Shown: positions 41,130-55,391 of the stretch, one piece after another
How positions within the stretch are numbered: position 1 is the first letter of the stretch
How the letters are laid out: every line of letters starts with the position of its first letter
Assembly: GCF_006345805.1 (NCBI RefSeq)
Contig: NC_042999.1
Location: 118,110,001 to 118,174,000 of the forward strand
DNA length: 64,000 bases
Source: Octopus sinensis
Taxonomy: Eukaryota
Direction: 5' to 3'
Made by a program: the position numbers and the translations under genes
The notes under the pieces: generated by a model
Seen by the model: only the letters and a program-made list of their open reading frames with translations
Databases searched by the model: none
Told to the model about the DNA's origin: nothing

Positions 41130-41315
41130 ATTGTGTAAAGACCAGATATTTGGAAGGAGGTTACAGTAGACTTTGTTGACTCCCAGTGCTTAACTGATAC
41201 CATTGGTATCAACCCTAGAAAAGACAAAGGCAAAGTTGACCACAGCAGAATTTGAACTTAGAATGTAAAAGTATGCAAGTATACTACAGGGATGTTTTTC
41301 CACCACTACCAATTC
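41130..41315 (-). mobile_element. SINE family B, CpG-decayed
   Basis: ggcaaagttgaccacagcagaatttgaactta. Confidence 0.7.
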
Positions 41316-44300
41316 TACCAATCCACTGCTCTAAAACTTGAGATGTATACTGATAAGGGGATAAAAAAGCTACCTACATGCAAAATTAATGTTATACAGT
41401 TTATAATTAAGCACTGATCTTATGCTGCTTAGTGACTTGATATCTGGTGACAAATTGAAGTGCAAATTTGGTCATCATTGATTGACTTTAAAATAACAGC
41501 ACTGTTCGTTGTCATATTGCTACACACCTAACTTGTGATATTCTAAGAGACTCTATCAATTAGAGTTGACTATATATATGCTCCTGAAAAATTCTTCTCC
41601 AGAATGCAGGCCTGTCCAAGGATTATACATACATACATACATACATGTATATATATGAACGACCAGTAGTTACCCATATAAGAAGTCTCCTTTCATGCTA
41701 CTGATATCATTCAAATGAAGATAGATAAGATATAGTTTGGTGCTTGTATAAGCTAATTGAGAACCAAACAGCTGGAACAAATACTAGAAGGAAATTTGTC
41801 TGATATTTCAACCATTCTCATTCACTATCCTGTACTGATATAGTTTATGTTATCGATTCTGGAAGGATAAAAGGTAGTTTTCTTTGGCAGGATCTGAACA
41901 CAGAATGTAAAAAGCCAGAACAAGTACTATAAGATATTTTGACTAATGTTCTTACAATTTTGCCAGCCACAGTCTAAATCACTGTGATATTAATTCTATA
42001 ATATATAATTAGTCCATATAATAATAGGAATTTGTTATTATGAAACACCACCTTTAATCAGCTCTGTTCAAAGAGACCTATAGAGAAAATCATTCTTGAT
42101 ATGAACAGGGGTAAATGTTGTTCCAATTTTGTAAACCAGTACATCTTCTGCAATATAACCTGTCTCTAAATAACTGACTCTAACTCTCTAATAATCACTA
42201 CTCTTATATCAAGGAGTGCCTTAATAAGTCACTGATCTTGTTAAGAAAACATCCAAATCTTTTCCTCAAGTAAACATCAATATCTTCTTATTAATGTCTA
42301 TATTTATGTGCTGGCATCAATTGAACATTGTTATCTAATGCCAAAATATTAAGTTAGGATAGCCAGACTAAGAAAGCTAAATGATCAATATCATGGACAT
42401 TTGATATTGCAATGTGTTCTTAGTCAAGTTAATTAAGGCTATCACTTGGATGAAAAACAATACCAGTCCATTTGGAAGGTAAAACTACGATATTCTATAT
42501 AAATTTTATCCTGTGTGGATTTGTCCTTTCTTATCTGCTTAATGTTATGGCAGTCAGAGATGATTTCTTTGGGCTTGGCTCTCAGCCAAATGTTGTAGAT
42601 ATGATACAGAATTAACTCAGCTGCAACGTCTTAGTGAATCAAAGGTCAATGTTGTCTCTAATTTTGTTTGCATTCAGAATTGTGATATGCTGAACAATAG
42701 TATTAAAAATATCTAAACTGGATCTCATCCGTCAACTTTATTTTGTGAGTTATAGTAGGTTTGAAATGAAGCTAGAAGAAAATGTGATTAAATATTCATG
42801 GAGAAAATAGAAGAATAACAATTTAAGATTAAAATGAAACACCTGAGAAGGATGTTTCCAGAATTTTTCTTTCATGGTTTGCAAACTATGAAAAAGTTTT
42901 CCGACTTACAATTTTCATTTCTGTTTCCTTTATGTAGTTATAGGGATTATTAAGAAGATAAAAATTAAAAACTAACATAAAACAATCTCTTGTAATGATA
43001 CAAAAGGACTAAAATCTTTTGATAAAAATAGAAGGAAATGACCATTGACCTCAAATAAGCCACTTAAATAATGCAGACATAGACATTATCACAAAAAATA
43101 CTTATTTACATCTAAGAAACAACATTGCAAGAGATATCAAACTAAACCACAATAACTACACAACTGAAAGAAATAAATGAAAGTTAGGAACAAGTGTAAA
43201 TGTGCGATTCTTACACCAAATGCAACATAGATTATATAAATCATCTAAGGACATCTAAGGTCTCGAAATATGAAAGCCAAAGGAAAAAGAAAAGAAAGAA
43301 ATATAATAAAAAGATAAACACCACTACAAAAAGAACTGGCAATCTGACAGATTCAATATAGACAAGAAAACCAATAGTAATCTGTTTACAAAACAAAATG
43401 TAATATCAACAACTTCAACAATAAACCACTGTATCAAACACTGTTTTAACATTAAGCAGTATACATAGGCACATGTTAAAAACAAGAAATATTTAATATT
43501 TCTGTAAATTCAGTAACTACAAACACATATGCATACACATATATACATGCACAGCCTAATAAATAGCAACTTTTTTCTCCCAAACTTGTAAAAGAAATAA
43601 TTAATGAATGAATTGACAGAGGGGTTTCTATGCAGTCAATCAACCTACTAAAGATAGCAACCAAATTCAGTTCAAATTACACTATACTGACTTAGAAGAA
43701 AGAGAATAAATTAAATAATTTAGCTTTATATTTAGAAAACAATATGACTGTCTTAACTAGAAATGTATAATTAAGAATGAGATCAGGGGATAAGAAATAA
43801 GAAAAAACACACTGGAAGTATGATTTGAGGTATGCAGTTTCATACTGTATATGATCTTAGCTCATATTGTGCAGTGGTGATTCAGTCTTTCATCCTTAGA
43901 TTGATAAAATCTAGCAGCAGTAATAAATTACAAAGCAATTTAACCAGAGATCTGCTTGGTCAAAGTTAATTTGGAGTTAGATGTAAAAAACACCAATCAA
44001 TATCAAACAGCCCTCCCTATGAGCCATCATATCCATTTAATGAGTCAATGTTGGGGGCCATTACAATTTGCTTGATCTACAGAAGTAGCAAACAAATCTT
44101 TCTCATTTCACAGTCATGAAAAATAACAGTCTTTCGATATACTGTAAGTAAAAAGATGGGATGGTTATTTGTTGTTACATCTTTGATCACAGATTTCTTT
44201 GATGAGGGCTAACCAGAGTGTTAACAACACAACAATGATTTGATTGATATATAAAAAAAAATCACAAGCTAAAATGAAAAGAGAGAAAAAATCATGCAAA

Positions 44301-44867
44301 AGTCAAAAGAACTTATTAACCACAATAATCACATCACTAATAGAGATAATTAAATTGCCAGAACAAAACAGTAAATTGCCAAGACTATGGAAGCTCAGTA
44401 AGATCACAATATTGATGATAGTAATGATAATGGTAGTTTCTGCATGCAGATTTTTGTAGAAGATAGTTTACTTTTGTAACTGGGATGTCATATATTGGCA
44501 GTATAGGTGGATCTTATGTCTACAAGATTTAGAATATTTGGTACTAACACAGTTTGTATGTGAATGTTCTGGTTAGCAGATGCTTTTCTTACCAAAATAA
44601 TATTATAATGTAGCATGAAGAAATTTAATAGATAAGTGATATGTTACTTACTAATAACATTTTGAATGCAGATTCTGACACCAAATGGGTTGCTAGAGTG
44701 CCAGATGAAATACCTTATCTATTCCAGCCCTCTATTCTGTGAGTTCAAATACTGCCAAAGCCAACATTCCTTAAAAGTTGATAAATAAAGCACTTGTTCT
44801 GAGCAGTGGTTTAGCAGAATTGGTATAGCATTATTGTGTCATGCACTGTTAGATCTGGTTCTTTGTT

Positions 44868-45130
44868 TTCTGATGGCAATATGTGTGTCAAAATTGGTAA
44901 TGGTCTACATCAGTCTTTACCATTCTCTGAGAGAATCTTGATGGTTCTCTAAGGGCAGTTTGTCTTCCATTAAAAAAAACAATCTTTTGAGAGGAATGTT
45001 CTATTCTGATGGCAATACGTGTGTCAAAACTGGTAACAGTCTACATCAGTCTTTACCATTCTCTAAGAGAATCTTGATGGTTCTCTAAGGGCAGTTTGTC
45101 TTCCATTAAAAAAAATCTTTTGAGAGGAAT
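44868..45130. repeat. Local tandem duplication of about 136 bp
   Basis: 44868-44997 closely matches 45004-45130. Confidence 0.93.
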
Positions 45131-45938
45131 TTTCCAAGTGCAGAAGTCAGAATTCAGAGTGTCATGAAATTCACAGAGGCTCTAAATGACTGAAAGTAAG
45201 ACCAGTGTAAAAATAAATAAAGTGCTAGATAAAATGTTTTATGGTATTTAGTTTCATTTCTTCATGTTCTAAATTCAGCTTCTGAAAGTCTCGACTTAGT
45301 GTTTCATTTTTCTGAAGTTGATAAAATATTGCTGTAGCAGTTATAAACTAAGAAACAAGTCTATTGACTTTGCAGCTTACAGTACAAATTTACAGCTTTG
45401 TAGCTGAGAACGTAATGTGATTGCACTGAAATCAAAATTATCTCTTACTAAACCAACATGCTACACACCTATTAAATTTCTCTATTCTCTATCGAAAATT
45501 ATTTGAAATGCCCATCCTCAAATTCTCACAATCCATTAGATAGATTCTTACTTTTCCATTTACCTTTAGAATACTCTTTAATTCATCTTGGCAACTATTA
45601 GAGAAAATGATAGAAGGAAAATACCACTAGCATATATGCTAGTGACAAAAGACATCCAGCAAAGGTATTTTATTCTCTTATTCTAATGTATTTCTTGATA
45701 TGAACTCAGCAAAACAAAACAGAAAACAAACAAAATAGCTTATTTGGATATTAATGGCAAGTGATGTCTGCTGAATTACCTTCCATAATGGAAAGTATTA
45801 TATATATATATATGTGTGTGTGTGTGAGTGTGTGTTTATATATGTATATGTATGTATATATATATATATATATATATACATGCATATAGTATAAATGTTT
45901 ATATATGTATAAGTGCATATATATATATATATCTGTAA

Positions 45939-45995
<57 letters not shown>

Positions 45996-47099
45996 AGGAC
46001 ACATAGCTTAGTGGTTAGAGTGTTGTACTTATGATAACAAGATCATGGTTTCAATTCCTGGACCAAGTGTGCATTGTATCCTTGAGAAAAACACTTCATC
46101 TCACATTCTTCTGCACTCACTTCAGTTGGCTTAGTGGAGAATACTCTCCCAAAGTGTTATAACACCTTAGAGTCATGACCATGTGAGATACCGCACCTCT
46201 AATCCGATCAAAGAGTGACAGACATCAATGTTCTACCATTTTTCTGGCTTGTCAATATCATGTGCCCAATCAGTATCAGAGATCAGTCAATTTGCCAGTT
46301 CACAATTTATATGCTCATAGTGTGCAAACTATGTGTGGCTATTCCTGGACAATGCATACATAGGAATAAATTCAAATATGAAATAGAAGCAGCACTTCCA
46401 GATGGGATTAAAGGTGAGCTATCTTACCTGTCCATGACTCTAAGGTGTTTTAACACCCAGCGCTTTGAGAGACTATTCTCCAACACACTAACTGAAGTGA
46501 GTGTAGAGCAATGTGAGATCAAGTGTTTTGCTCAAGTACACAACGATGCCAACCACAGGCTACCAGCAAATACAAAAGGCTTATACATTAAGTATATGTG
46601 GTTGATAATGTTTATTACACTAGTGCTGCTTCTATTATTTCATATTTGAATATGTGTATGTGTACGTGCATTCATGTGTGTGTGTGCGTGTGTGTATGTG
46701 TGTGTGTGTGTGTATGTATGTGTGTTATTAAACAGCAAAACCTTTCAAAAGCATCATTTCTCAAATGAAATTTCAAAGTATCAATGTATTGATACTTGCT
46801 ATTTCTGATTTGTTTCTGGTGATGTAATTTTCAGTTTTATTTATGAATTGTTAATGTTGAACTGCTAAACATCGGGTTATCTCTGACTGAACAAATCTGT
46901 GACCAGATATGTTGCATCCATGACCACCTCTGCATTTAAATAAGTTCCTATTTTGCACATATAAGTAATATATTCTGATAATATTGCACTATCAAGCATT
47001 TCCAATATACATGAATGTACTTGAAACCTAGTTAGGCAAGAATAAATCTGCTACTATAATAATTCATGAATTACACTAGTACATCAAATATTTATAACA

Positions 47100-47488
47100 T
47101 GTGGCTGTGTGGTAAGTAGCTTGCTAACCAACCACATGGTTCCGGGTTCAGTCCCACTGCGTGGCATCTTGGGCAAGTGTCTTCTACTATAGCCCCGGGC
47201 CGACCAATGCCTTGTGAGTGGATTTGGTAGATGGAAACTGAAAGAAGCCTGTCGTATATATGTATATATATATGTGTGTGTTTGTGTTTGTCCCCCTAGC
47301 ATTGCTTGACAACCGATGCTGGTGTGTTTACGTCCCTGTCACTTAGCAGTTCGGCAAAAGAGACCGGTAGAATAAGTACTGGGCTTACAAAGAATAAGTC
47401 CCGGGGTCGATTTGCTCGACTAAAGGCGGTGCTCCAGCATGGCCTCAGTCAAATGACTGAAACAAGTAAAAGAGAAAGAGTAAAGAGT
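47100..47488 (+). mobile_element. SINE family A, full length
   Basis: tRNA-like head (tggctgtgtggtaag; ggttcagtccc), CORE-like block ttgggcaagtgtctt, internal (TA/TG)n, GAGTAAA tail. Confidence 0.88.
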
Positions 47489-48156
47489 ATAACATTGTAC
47501 TTATATAACATATTCATATGATATGATGTTACACTATGTAAGCATAGGATAAGATAGTATGATATGCATAATACATCAAAATTTCATTGCATATTAATAT
47601 CACAGAGCAATTATGCATCTTATTTTATTAAGTGACATAAAGATCTAAAGCTTTTCATATCTACATAAATATTTCCCACATTGCATATTATATGTGAAGA
47701 TATGGAATGACTTTCTTAGTGCAAGAAGAATGGACATCAATATTTACAATTTAGCCTATTCAGCATGAATCGTTCCATTTTTATTTTCCTTAATGTTTTA
47801 CTGAAAACTAACCAATCGCCTGGGAAACAATTCTCTTTTGTTAAGATTCATACAATATTTTCAAATGTTGATGCTGAGGACATCATTAAATTTTTACTAA
47901 CCATTATACAATGAAATATTTTAGTACGAGAAGATATAACGTTGCGAAGAACCAGTCCCAAATGTACTTAAACTGCACTGAATTGTCTTAGTATTATCTT
48001 TTATCCTCACAAGTAATAGAAATTAACTACTAGTAATATCAACATCATCATCACCAGCAGCAGCAGCAGCATCATTATAGTAATCGTTATATTTACCATC
48101 ATATCATCTTCATCTTTCTTCAACATTCAAGTGATGTAATTTTGTGCATGTTACTA

Positions 48157-49443
48157 TTGGGTTGGCAAGAAAGTAATTTCGATTTTTCAGCGTGAAATAA
48201 AAGTCATTTTTTTTTTATGCAAAGAATGAACTTTAATCAATTATATATTTTCCATTTTGTTTGATGTCCTTTTGCCATCTTTCTGGCAACTTCATGATTT
48301 TGCACTCATGGAACTTCTGGTCCTTATCAGCTAAAACTAAAACAAATGCAATTTCAGGTCATCATTATTATTGAAAGTTTTACCATTCAAAGAATGTTGT
48401 AAACATCAAAATAAATGGTAATCTGATGGTGCAAGATCAGGACTATATAGTGGATGTGACATCACTCCTCAACTAAGCTCCAGTAATTTTTCACGAGTTA
48501 TCAAAGATGTGTGTGGTCTAGCATTGTCATGGTGGATCACAATTCCTTTACGATTTGCCAATTCTGGCTGTTTTTCTTTGTCTCTTCCTCCAGTTTCATT
48601 AACTGTTGACAATAAATATCTAAATTGATCGTTTGGTTCCTTGGAAACAGCTCAAAATACACAACACCTTTGTAATCCCACCAAATTGACAGCATGACCT
48701 CTTTTGATGCAATTCAGTTTTCTGTGTGGTTTGTGTTGGTTGATTATGCTTGGACCATGATCGTTTTCAATTGATGCTATTGTAGACAATCCATTTTTCC
48801 TCACCAGTAATGATTCATTTTTTTAAAAATGGTTGATTTCATTGTGTTTGAGATGTATATTGCAATATTGATTCATTGTGTTAAGTGAATCTCTTACGTG
48901 AATCTCTTATGTGGAATCCAAATATCGAGCTTCTTAATGAGTCCAAGACATTTTAAGTGATTTTCAGTTGTTATGTGTGATACATTTAACCTCTCTGCAA
49001 TCTCTCGCACAGTTATATGGTAATCAGATTCAATTATGGCTTTGATGCATTCATCATCAATTTCAGTAGGTCGACCAGAATGTTGGTCACATTTGAGTGA
49101 AAAATCACCAGAACGGAATTTTTAAAACCATTTCTGGCATGTGCCTTCTGTTAAGCAATCAACACCATAAACTTCACATATTTCTTTGTGAGCCTCAGCA
49201 GCTTTCTTGCCTTTACGGAAATATAATTGCAACATATGGTGAAAATGTTCGTTTTTGCACTCCATGTTAAAAATGACACTGAACTAACAGTTATAAACAA
49301 AATTACGAGCAATTTGTTTCTAAACTAAGCTAAAAGTAATGGCTATCAAATGTCAAAAGGAAAAAATCATGACATTATCAAAAGTCATTAAAAATATCGT
49401 AACTCTATTTGTGAAAAACGAAATTACTTTCTTGCCAACCCAA
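48157..49443 (-). mobile_element. Full-length (1287 bp) mariner with intact TIRs and TA target duplication; transposase dead
   Basis: TIRs ttgggttggcaagaaagtaatttcg / cgaaattactttcttgccaacccaa flanked by TA; minus-strand WIPH, ITGEEKW and YSPDLAPSD motifs with stops. Confidence 0.92.
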
Positions 49444-52400
49444 TATATTCTATGTCATACCAGTCTATATGTGAGCAGAGGTGGGGGAAAGGGGGAGATG
49501 CTGAGAAGATAGGAGGTGGGGAAGAAATTTGTCAGGGACATGCCATCTGCAAGATGGAGGACATGGACATAAAGGACATACCTTTATGAACACAATTTTA
49601 TTTAGATGGACAGGTCTTGTCAAGCAGAACAAATCAACAATTGTCTCAGTCTTTTGCCTTCTCTTTAGATCATTTTTCACCACTTGGTTCTATGTTTTTC
49701 TGAGCCCAGCTGGTTCTAATTCTAACAATTACACTTTCAGGGCATATTCTTTGAGTTTTCTGTTATCTAGCTGAGCTGTTTGGGGAGCTTTCTACTATCC
49801 CTAAACATCCCCTTAGCCATTGAAGAAATTGTATCTCCTGTGTGTTTTTAGTGTTTATAGTTGTGGTTCATTTGCCACACAAAGTCTACTTTCTTAGTTA
49901 ACATTCCTAGATAATTAGGTAATATTTTCCCCATGGTCAGATATGTTTTTCATGGAAGATTAAAAATGAAGGATGCACGTTTAGGAGATATCAAGACAAG
50001 GACACAGCTTCTTTCAGTTCTCTCTAGCAAATCCACTCACAAGTTTTGGTCAGCCTGGGGCTATAATAGAAGACAGCTTCCCAAGTTGCCACACAGTGGA
50101 CTGAACCCAAAATTATATGGTTCAGAAGCACACTGTTTCAATACACAACCATGTCTGTTTCTATGCCATTCCTGCTCCTGTAAATAAAGGACTCTAAATA
50201 GAACATTAAAAATATCAGAGAAACTATTGCATCATTTGTGCTATGTTGATGTCATTGCAATGACAGTGCTTAGTTTTCGTGATCTCAGTGTGACACTTGT
50301 TGAAGTATGACAGCTGTAGTAGTGCTATGATTCTAAAACTGTCACACATGCCAGACGTTATTTTCTCGGTGTAGAAACACAGTAGTTTAACTCCTACTTA
50401 TAGTATATATTTATAATGAAAAAAGTATATGTATATAATGAAAGAAGTATATGTATATAATGCAAAAAGTAAATAACAATATGAAATGAAATAAAATGGA
50501 AGTGAAATAAAAGAGAATAGCACAAAACAAAAACAAACAAAATAAAATATATTAATATCTTGTCAATAGTGATTCTTTCTTTACCTTGACTTAGAAAATA
50601 AATTTTCTGTGTTTCACTTTTTCCTTTTACCCACCACCTTTACCTTGCCATTTAAACATCATAAAATACAAAACAGAAGTGTGAGAGCAATAGCTAATAT
50701 ATTAAAACACTCACATGACATTAAAAACTAGGTTTCTTTTTATTGACATGAAGATAATGGTGATTTTCTGCTTTAAAGGTGGTCAGTTAGTATTTTCTAG
50801 CATTGCATTTGTTAAAGTATTGAGTTCAACATGATTGAAATGTCTCAATAACTGTTTTTGTCTGTCTTTTTAGAAAACCATTGACATTTCTCTCTCTCTG
50901 TTTCATTAGATAGCTTGTGTTACTTCTCAGAGGTGTTTGTGAAGCAGTGTCATTGATGTATTAGTGAGATATTGTTGTTATGTGTAACTTCTTTCTATAA
51001 GTTAAATGGCTGAGTGCATGTAGTATTGAGCTACCAGCTCAAAGGCCAGTAGTACTTATCCAATACACACATGTCATTAATGTTTTTCAGTAATATATTT
51101 GATTAACTGCATTTCACTTTACTTAACTGTTAGAAACTGCTTCCAGACCTCTAGGAAATTTTACTATATTTACTTGAAATAGACTGGTGGCCAACTTGGA
51201 AAGAAATTTATTAGTTATTTGCTTCACACCTAGAAACTAGTAGTTAGCACTAAGTATTTCTATGTATTTCTTTGTCACAACTGACAGAAATAATTGGAAG
51301 ATTCTAGAGTATAAACATAAATATATCTGGTGTCTTCAATTGTAGTCATAACCATTCCACTTGAGCTCATGACTATTTAATCTAGAATTAAAGAAGAATA
51401 TTTAGAATGTGGGGGAACCTTAGTTGTTACTTTGAGCAGATTCAGTGACTATCCAAAATTATCTGAAAAGAGACTTAAGTGACATGTTTGGCGAGAAATT
51501 GTAGCTGTTGCTTAGCCCAAAATCAGCCACAATTAAGCAGATATATGAACAACCATTGAGAAGCTTTCTCATTGCATAGCAAGAAGTTCAGGTGATATGT
51601 AGTTAGATATTTATTCATGTTTTAGCGAGTTTGTTCAAATATTCCCTATAGGTTAGCAATAATAAATAGAACTTGTCATGATACAATTGACAAATAAATA
51701 TAAGAGCTTCTGTTGTAGTAAGAGAAGGAAAGCATACAAAGGTCCTAAATCTGGAGAATGGAATGCATTGAAATTTCTTGGAAAATTTTTAAAATGCAAC
51801 AATATTTAGACAAATTTTGCAAACATACAACACATATCTCAAAACATGTAATAACAGAAAATATTGATACTATGATGTTAAAGTTTACAATATACATATT
51901 GACAAGTTGTATGAGTGACTGTGTGGTTAAAAAGCTTACTTTCCAACCATGTGGCTAAGGTTCAATCCCTCTGTGTGGAACCTCAGGCAAATGTCTTCTA
52001 CTATAGTTTTGGGCCTATACAAAGCCTTGTAAGTAGATTTGATAGATGGAAACTGAAAGATGCCCATCATGTGTGCATATGTGCATGTGTATGTGTGTGT
52101 GTGTGGGGGGGGGGAGAATGTTCCCTTGTCCTGATATCATGAGATAATTGTAAAATGAGCATTACCATTATATAAGCAATGATGTTAGTTTCCTGTCTTT
52201 CATAGTAAAATGTTACTATGCTTGAAGACAGGTGGGGGGTTGGCAACAAAATGGGTATCCAAGCATAGAAAATCTGCCACAACAAATTCTGTCTAAATCA
52301 GGCGAGGATGAAACACCAGACATTAAAAGACGGTGATGATGATATAAATAGAAACAAACTACTTTAAATAAAAGTTTAATTTTTATGACTTAAGGTGCCT

Positions 52401-53486
52401 GACAAGATAGCATCTAACAACTGATGCCTTGAAAATTCTTGTTATTCCCTACTTTTGATGTATCTTAAAAAAAGAATGCCTGATTTTGATACCCAAGACA
52501 ACCATGCATTTGGACTCTAGTATGTTTCTTGTAAAGAATTAAGTAGTGTTTTTGTTTGAACCAATCTGCTTACATTTATAATAAATCCAACTTGATTTCA
52601 TGCTTTAGGCTATATAATGTTATTATAAGGAAACTAAACTACATGCTTTTCTCTTTTATTTTCTCATTGACATTCACAACAATTTATTCTTCAGCTATTA
52701 TTCTTTTTATGTATAACTTGTAGCAATGTCCAAACAATGTTACAGTCTGCAGTTAAATGGTACTGTAACTATTGATTCTAGTCAATTTTTAAAATTAATA
52801 CAGTGCAAAATCAGGGTTGGTATAAGCAGTAAGTTGAGTGAAATTTTGAGAGAATGATCTAAAGGCTAGTCAACTGATGTAGCAATGAAATCATTTGTAA
52901 TTTTCATTTTTTTTTCTTACTTGTTTTATTCACTGGACTGTGGCCATGGTGGTGTACAACCATCAAGGTTTTTAGATGATCTAATTGACCTCAGTACTTA
53001 TATTTCTAAGTCTGTTCATTATTCGGCCAATCTTTTTCCTTTACTTAACTATTACATTATGGAAATGTAAACATAGGAATATCAGTCTTCAAGCAGAGAA
53101 AAAACACAAGCAAATAACTCTATACATGCATTGTGATGAATAAAGATTCTCATGGATTCCATTTTCCATTTCCTTAATTCATTGGGCACTGTGGAATTCC
53201 TGAGGAAGACCCAGTGACACTTATATCAAAACTGTGGAAGACATCAGATAGTCTAAACAGTGAAAGTGCTTTAATAGGTATACTACTAACCTTATACCCA
53301 AAGTCTAAATAATTACTTACATTACGTGTGTGTGTGTGTGTGTGTGTTAAGGCTACCATAGCTTTCATGTTAAGAAAAATATCTTAATATCTTAACATGA
53401 AACCAATGGTAGTCTTAATAAGAATATGAAGAAAATCTATCCACTGATGCTGTATTGAGCACTCATTCTCATTATTCAAGATATAT

Positions 53487-53696
53487 CATCATCATCATCG
53501 TTTAACGTCCGCTTTCCATGCTAGCATGTGTTGGACGATTTGACTGAGGTCTGGCGAACCAGATGGCTGCACCAGACTCCAATCTGATCTGGCAGAGTTT
53601 CTACAGCTGGATACCCTTCCTAACACCAACCACTCTGAGAGTGTAGTGGGTGCTTTTATGTGCCATCAGCATGAGGGCCAGTCAGGCAGTACTGGA

Positions 53697-53697
<1 letters not shown>
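53487..53697 (-). mobile_element. RTE-LINE 3' UTR-only fragment
   Basis: Matches 62235-62420 including the (TGA)n tail. Confidence 0.82.
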
Positions 53698-53764
<67 letters not shown>

Positions 53765-53984
53765 CCTGTAATGATCCTCCAATAAGATAGACAATAAAAG
53801 AGTACTTTTGTATTTCAAGGAAAGTGCAGCTGTACTGTACTACAGCAGTTTGCTTATATACATTTGTAGTTAATGTAATTCTGGAAATGTAGCAGTGAGA
53901 TACAATAAAATAATCATATTAACATATGTAAACATATAAAACAAATAAATTGATCATTTCTGATAAGGGTTTCAGATTTTAGAA

Positions 53985-54350
53985 TAAGGGCAACAAGATT
54001 AGGGAGGGGCTAAGTCAATTACTTGAACCCCAGTACTCATCTGGTACTTATTTTATTGACCCTGAAAGGATGAAAAGCAAAGCTGTTCTTGGTGGAATTT
54101 GAATTCAAAATGTAAAGATGGACAAAATGCCACTAAACATTTTCCCCGGCTGCTAATGGTCATTTGTAATACTGGTTTTAAATTTGGCACAAGGCCAGCA
54201 GCTTCAGGGAAGCCATAAGTCTGTTACATCAACTCCAGTGTTCAACTGGTACTTATTTTATTGATACTGAAAGGTGACCCCAGAAGAATTTGAACTCAGA
54301 ATGTAAAGATGGACAAAATGCTGCCAAGCATTTTGCCTGGTTGCTAATCA
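53985..54350 (-). mobile_element. Two tandem CpG-decayed SINE family B copies
   Basis: Duplicated gaatttgaa.tca.aatgtaaagatggacaaaatgc blocks. Confidence 0.75.
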
Positions 54351-54504
54351 TCATTTGTGATATTAAAGACAAGAACAAACAGAATGTATTTTGCAAATAT
54401 ATAAAATATTATATAATTTTCACCACCCTATTCTAGGGTGTGATGACCATATTTCCATATTCTTATAAATTACAATTTTTAACTTTTACAATAAACATAT
54501 ATAA

Positions 54505-54694
54505 CATATTCTGTTGTATCTGGGGAGAGTCATTTTGTTTTTGTGCCTTATAATGTAACACACTCACCGGTAAAAAGATGCAAGGAAAATTTTAGGAAAA
54601 TAAAAATAAGAAAAAAGTGGAAATTTTATTGGTGGGTGTGTTACATTATAAGACACAAAAATAAAATGACTCTCCCCAGACACAACAGAATATG
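54505..54694. mobile_element. Fold-back/MITE-like element with 64-bp inverted arms
   Basis: 54505-54568 versus 54631-54694: reverse complements with 4 mismatches. Confidence 0.75.
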
Positions 54695-55007
54695 CTTCAA
54701 TACACAAACTCATATAAAGAATCTTGCAAACCAAATCCCAAAACGAAATATATAACATACATTTAAGTTATTTACTTTAGGTGGCACTCTTTATTAAAGT
54801 TAAACTTCTTAAGAAAGTCTCTCAGTATTGAGCATAGCAATGACATCTTTGTATCAAACTGACATATAAATCTGAAAAAATGTATCCATGGTAATTAGGA
54901 GCTAATTAATAACTTACTGTTAAACTCTGATACCTTATTATGAAGCACTAAATCCTGGAGAAACAAACCAGTAAATGGCTTTCTGATAACCATTTTCCAT
55001 TCTTTTA

Positions 55008-55391
55008 TCTCTCTCTATATAAATAGCAGTTTGTCTGTGTGTGTTTCTATGTGTCTGTTTGGTTGTACCCTCACCCTGACCACTGCTTTCAACCGATTCT
55101 GATGAAACTTGACACACACATAGCCCAATGTCATAATTCAAAACTAACGCAGCGAAAATTTTGAAAAGTTTCCCCAGTTCTGAAAAAAATCGATAAATTC
55201 GACATGGGGGTCGAGAATCAGAAACACAAAACACAGACTGTCTAGGGGACGCAACTCGACCTTTTTTAACTCTCAAAAAAATTTACTATCATTTTTTTTC
55301 CATTTTTTTGCTATTTTTTGCTATAACTCTCTAAAAATGCTTTATAGTTATTTCCCTTACAAACCTGAGCAACGCCGGGCGATACTGCTAG
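55008..55391 (+). mobile_element. Non-autonomous Helitron (short variant)
   Basis: A|TC start, hairpin cctgagcaacgccggg, CTAG|T end. Confidence 0.82.

Noticed and set aside
46215-46649. 144-aa ORF
   Set aside because: It runs through decayed SINE-like sequence and has no domain signature.
53174-53368. Short ORFs on both strands
   Set aside because: No motif; the apparent donor abuts a microsatellite and the plus frame lacks an acceptor.
55090-55115. CTGATGAAAC in the Helitron (mirrored at about 23910)
   Set aside because: There is no stem II or stem I; it is part of the Helitron internal motif.
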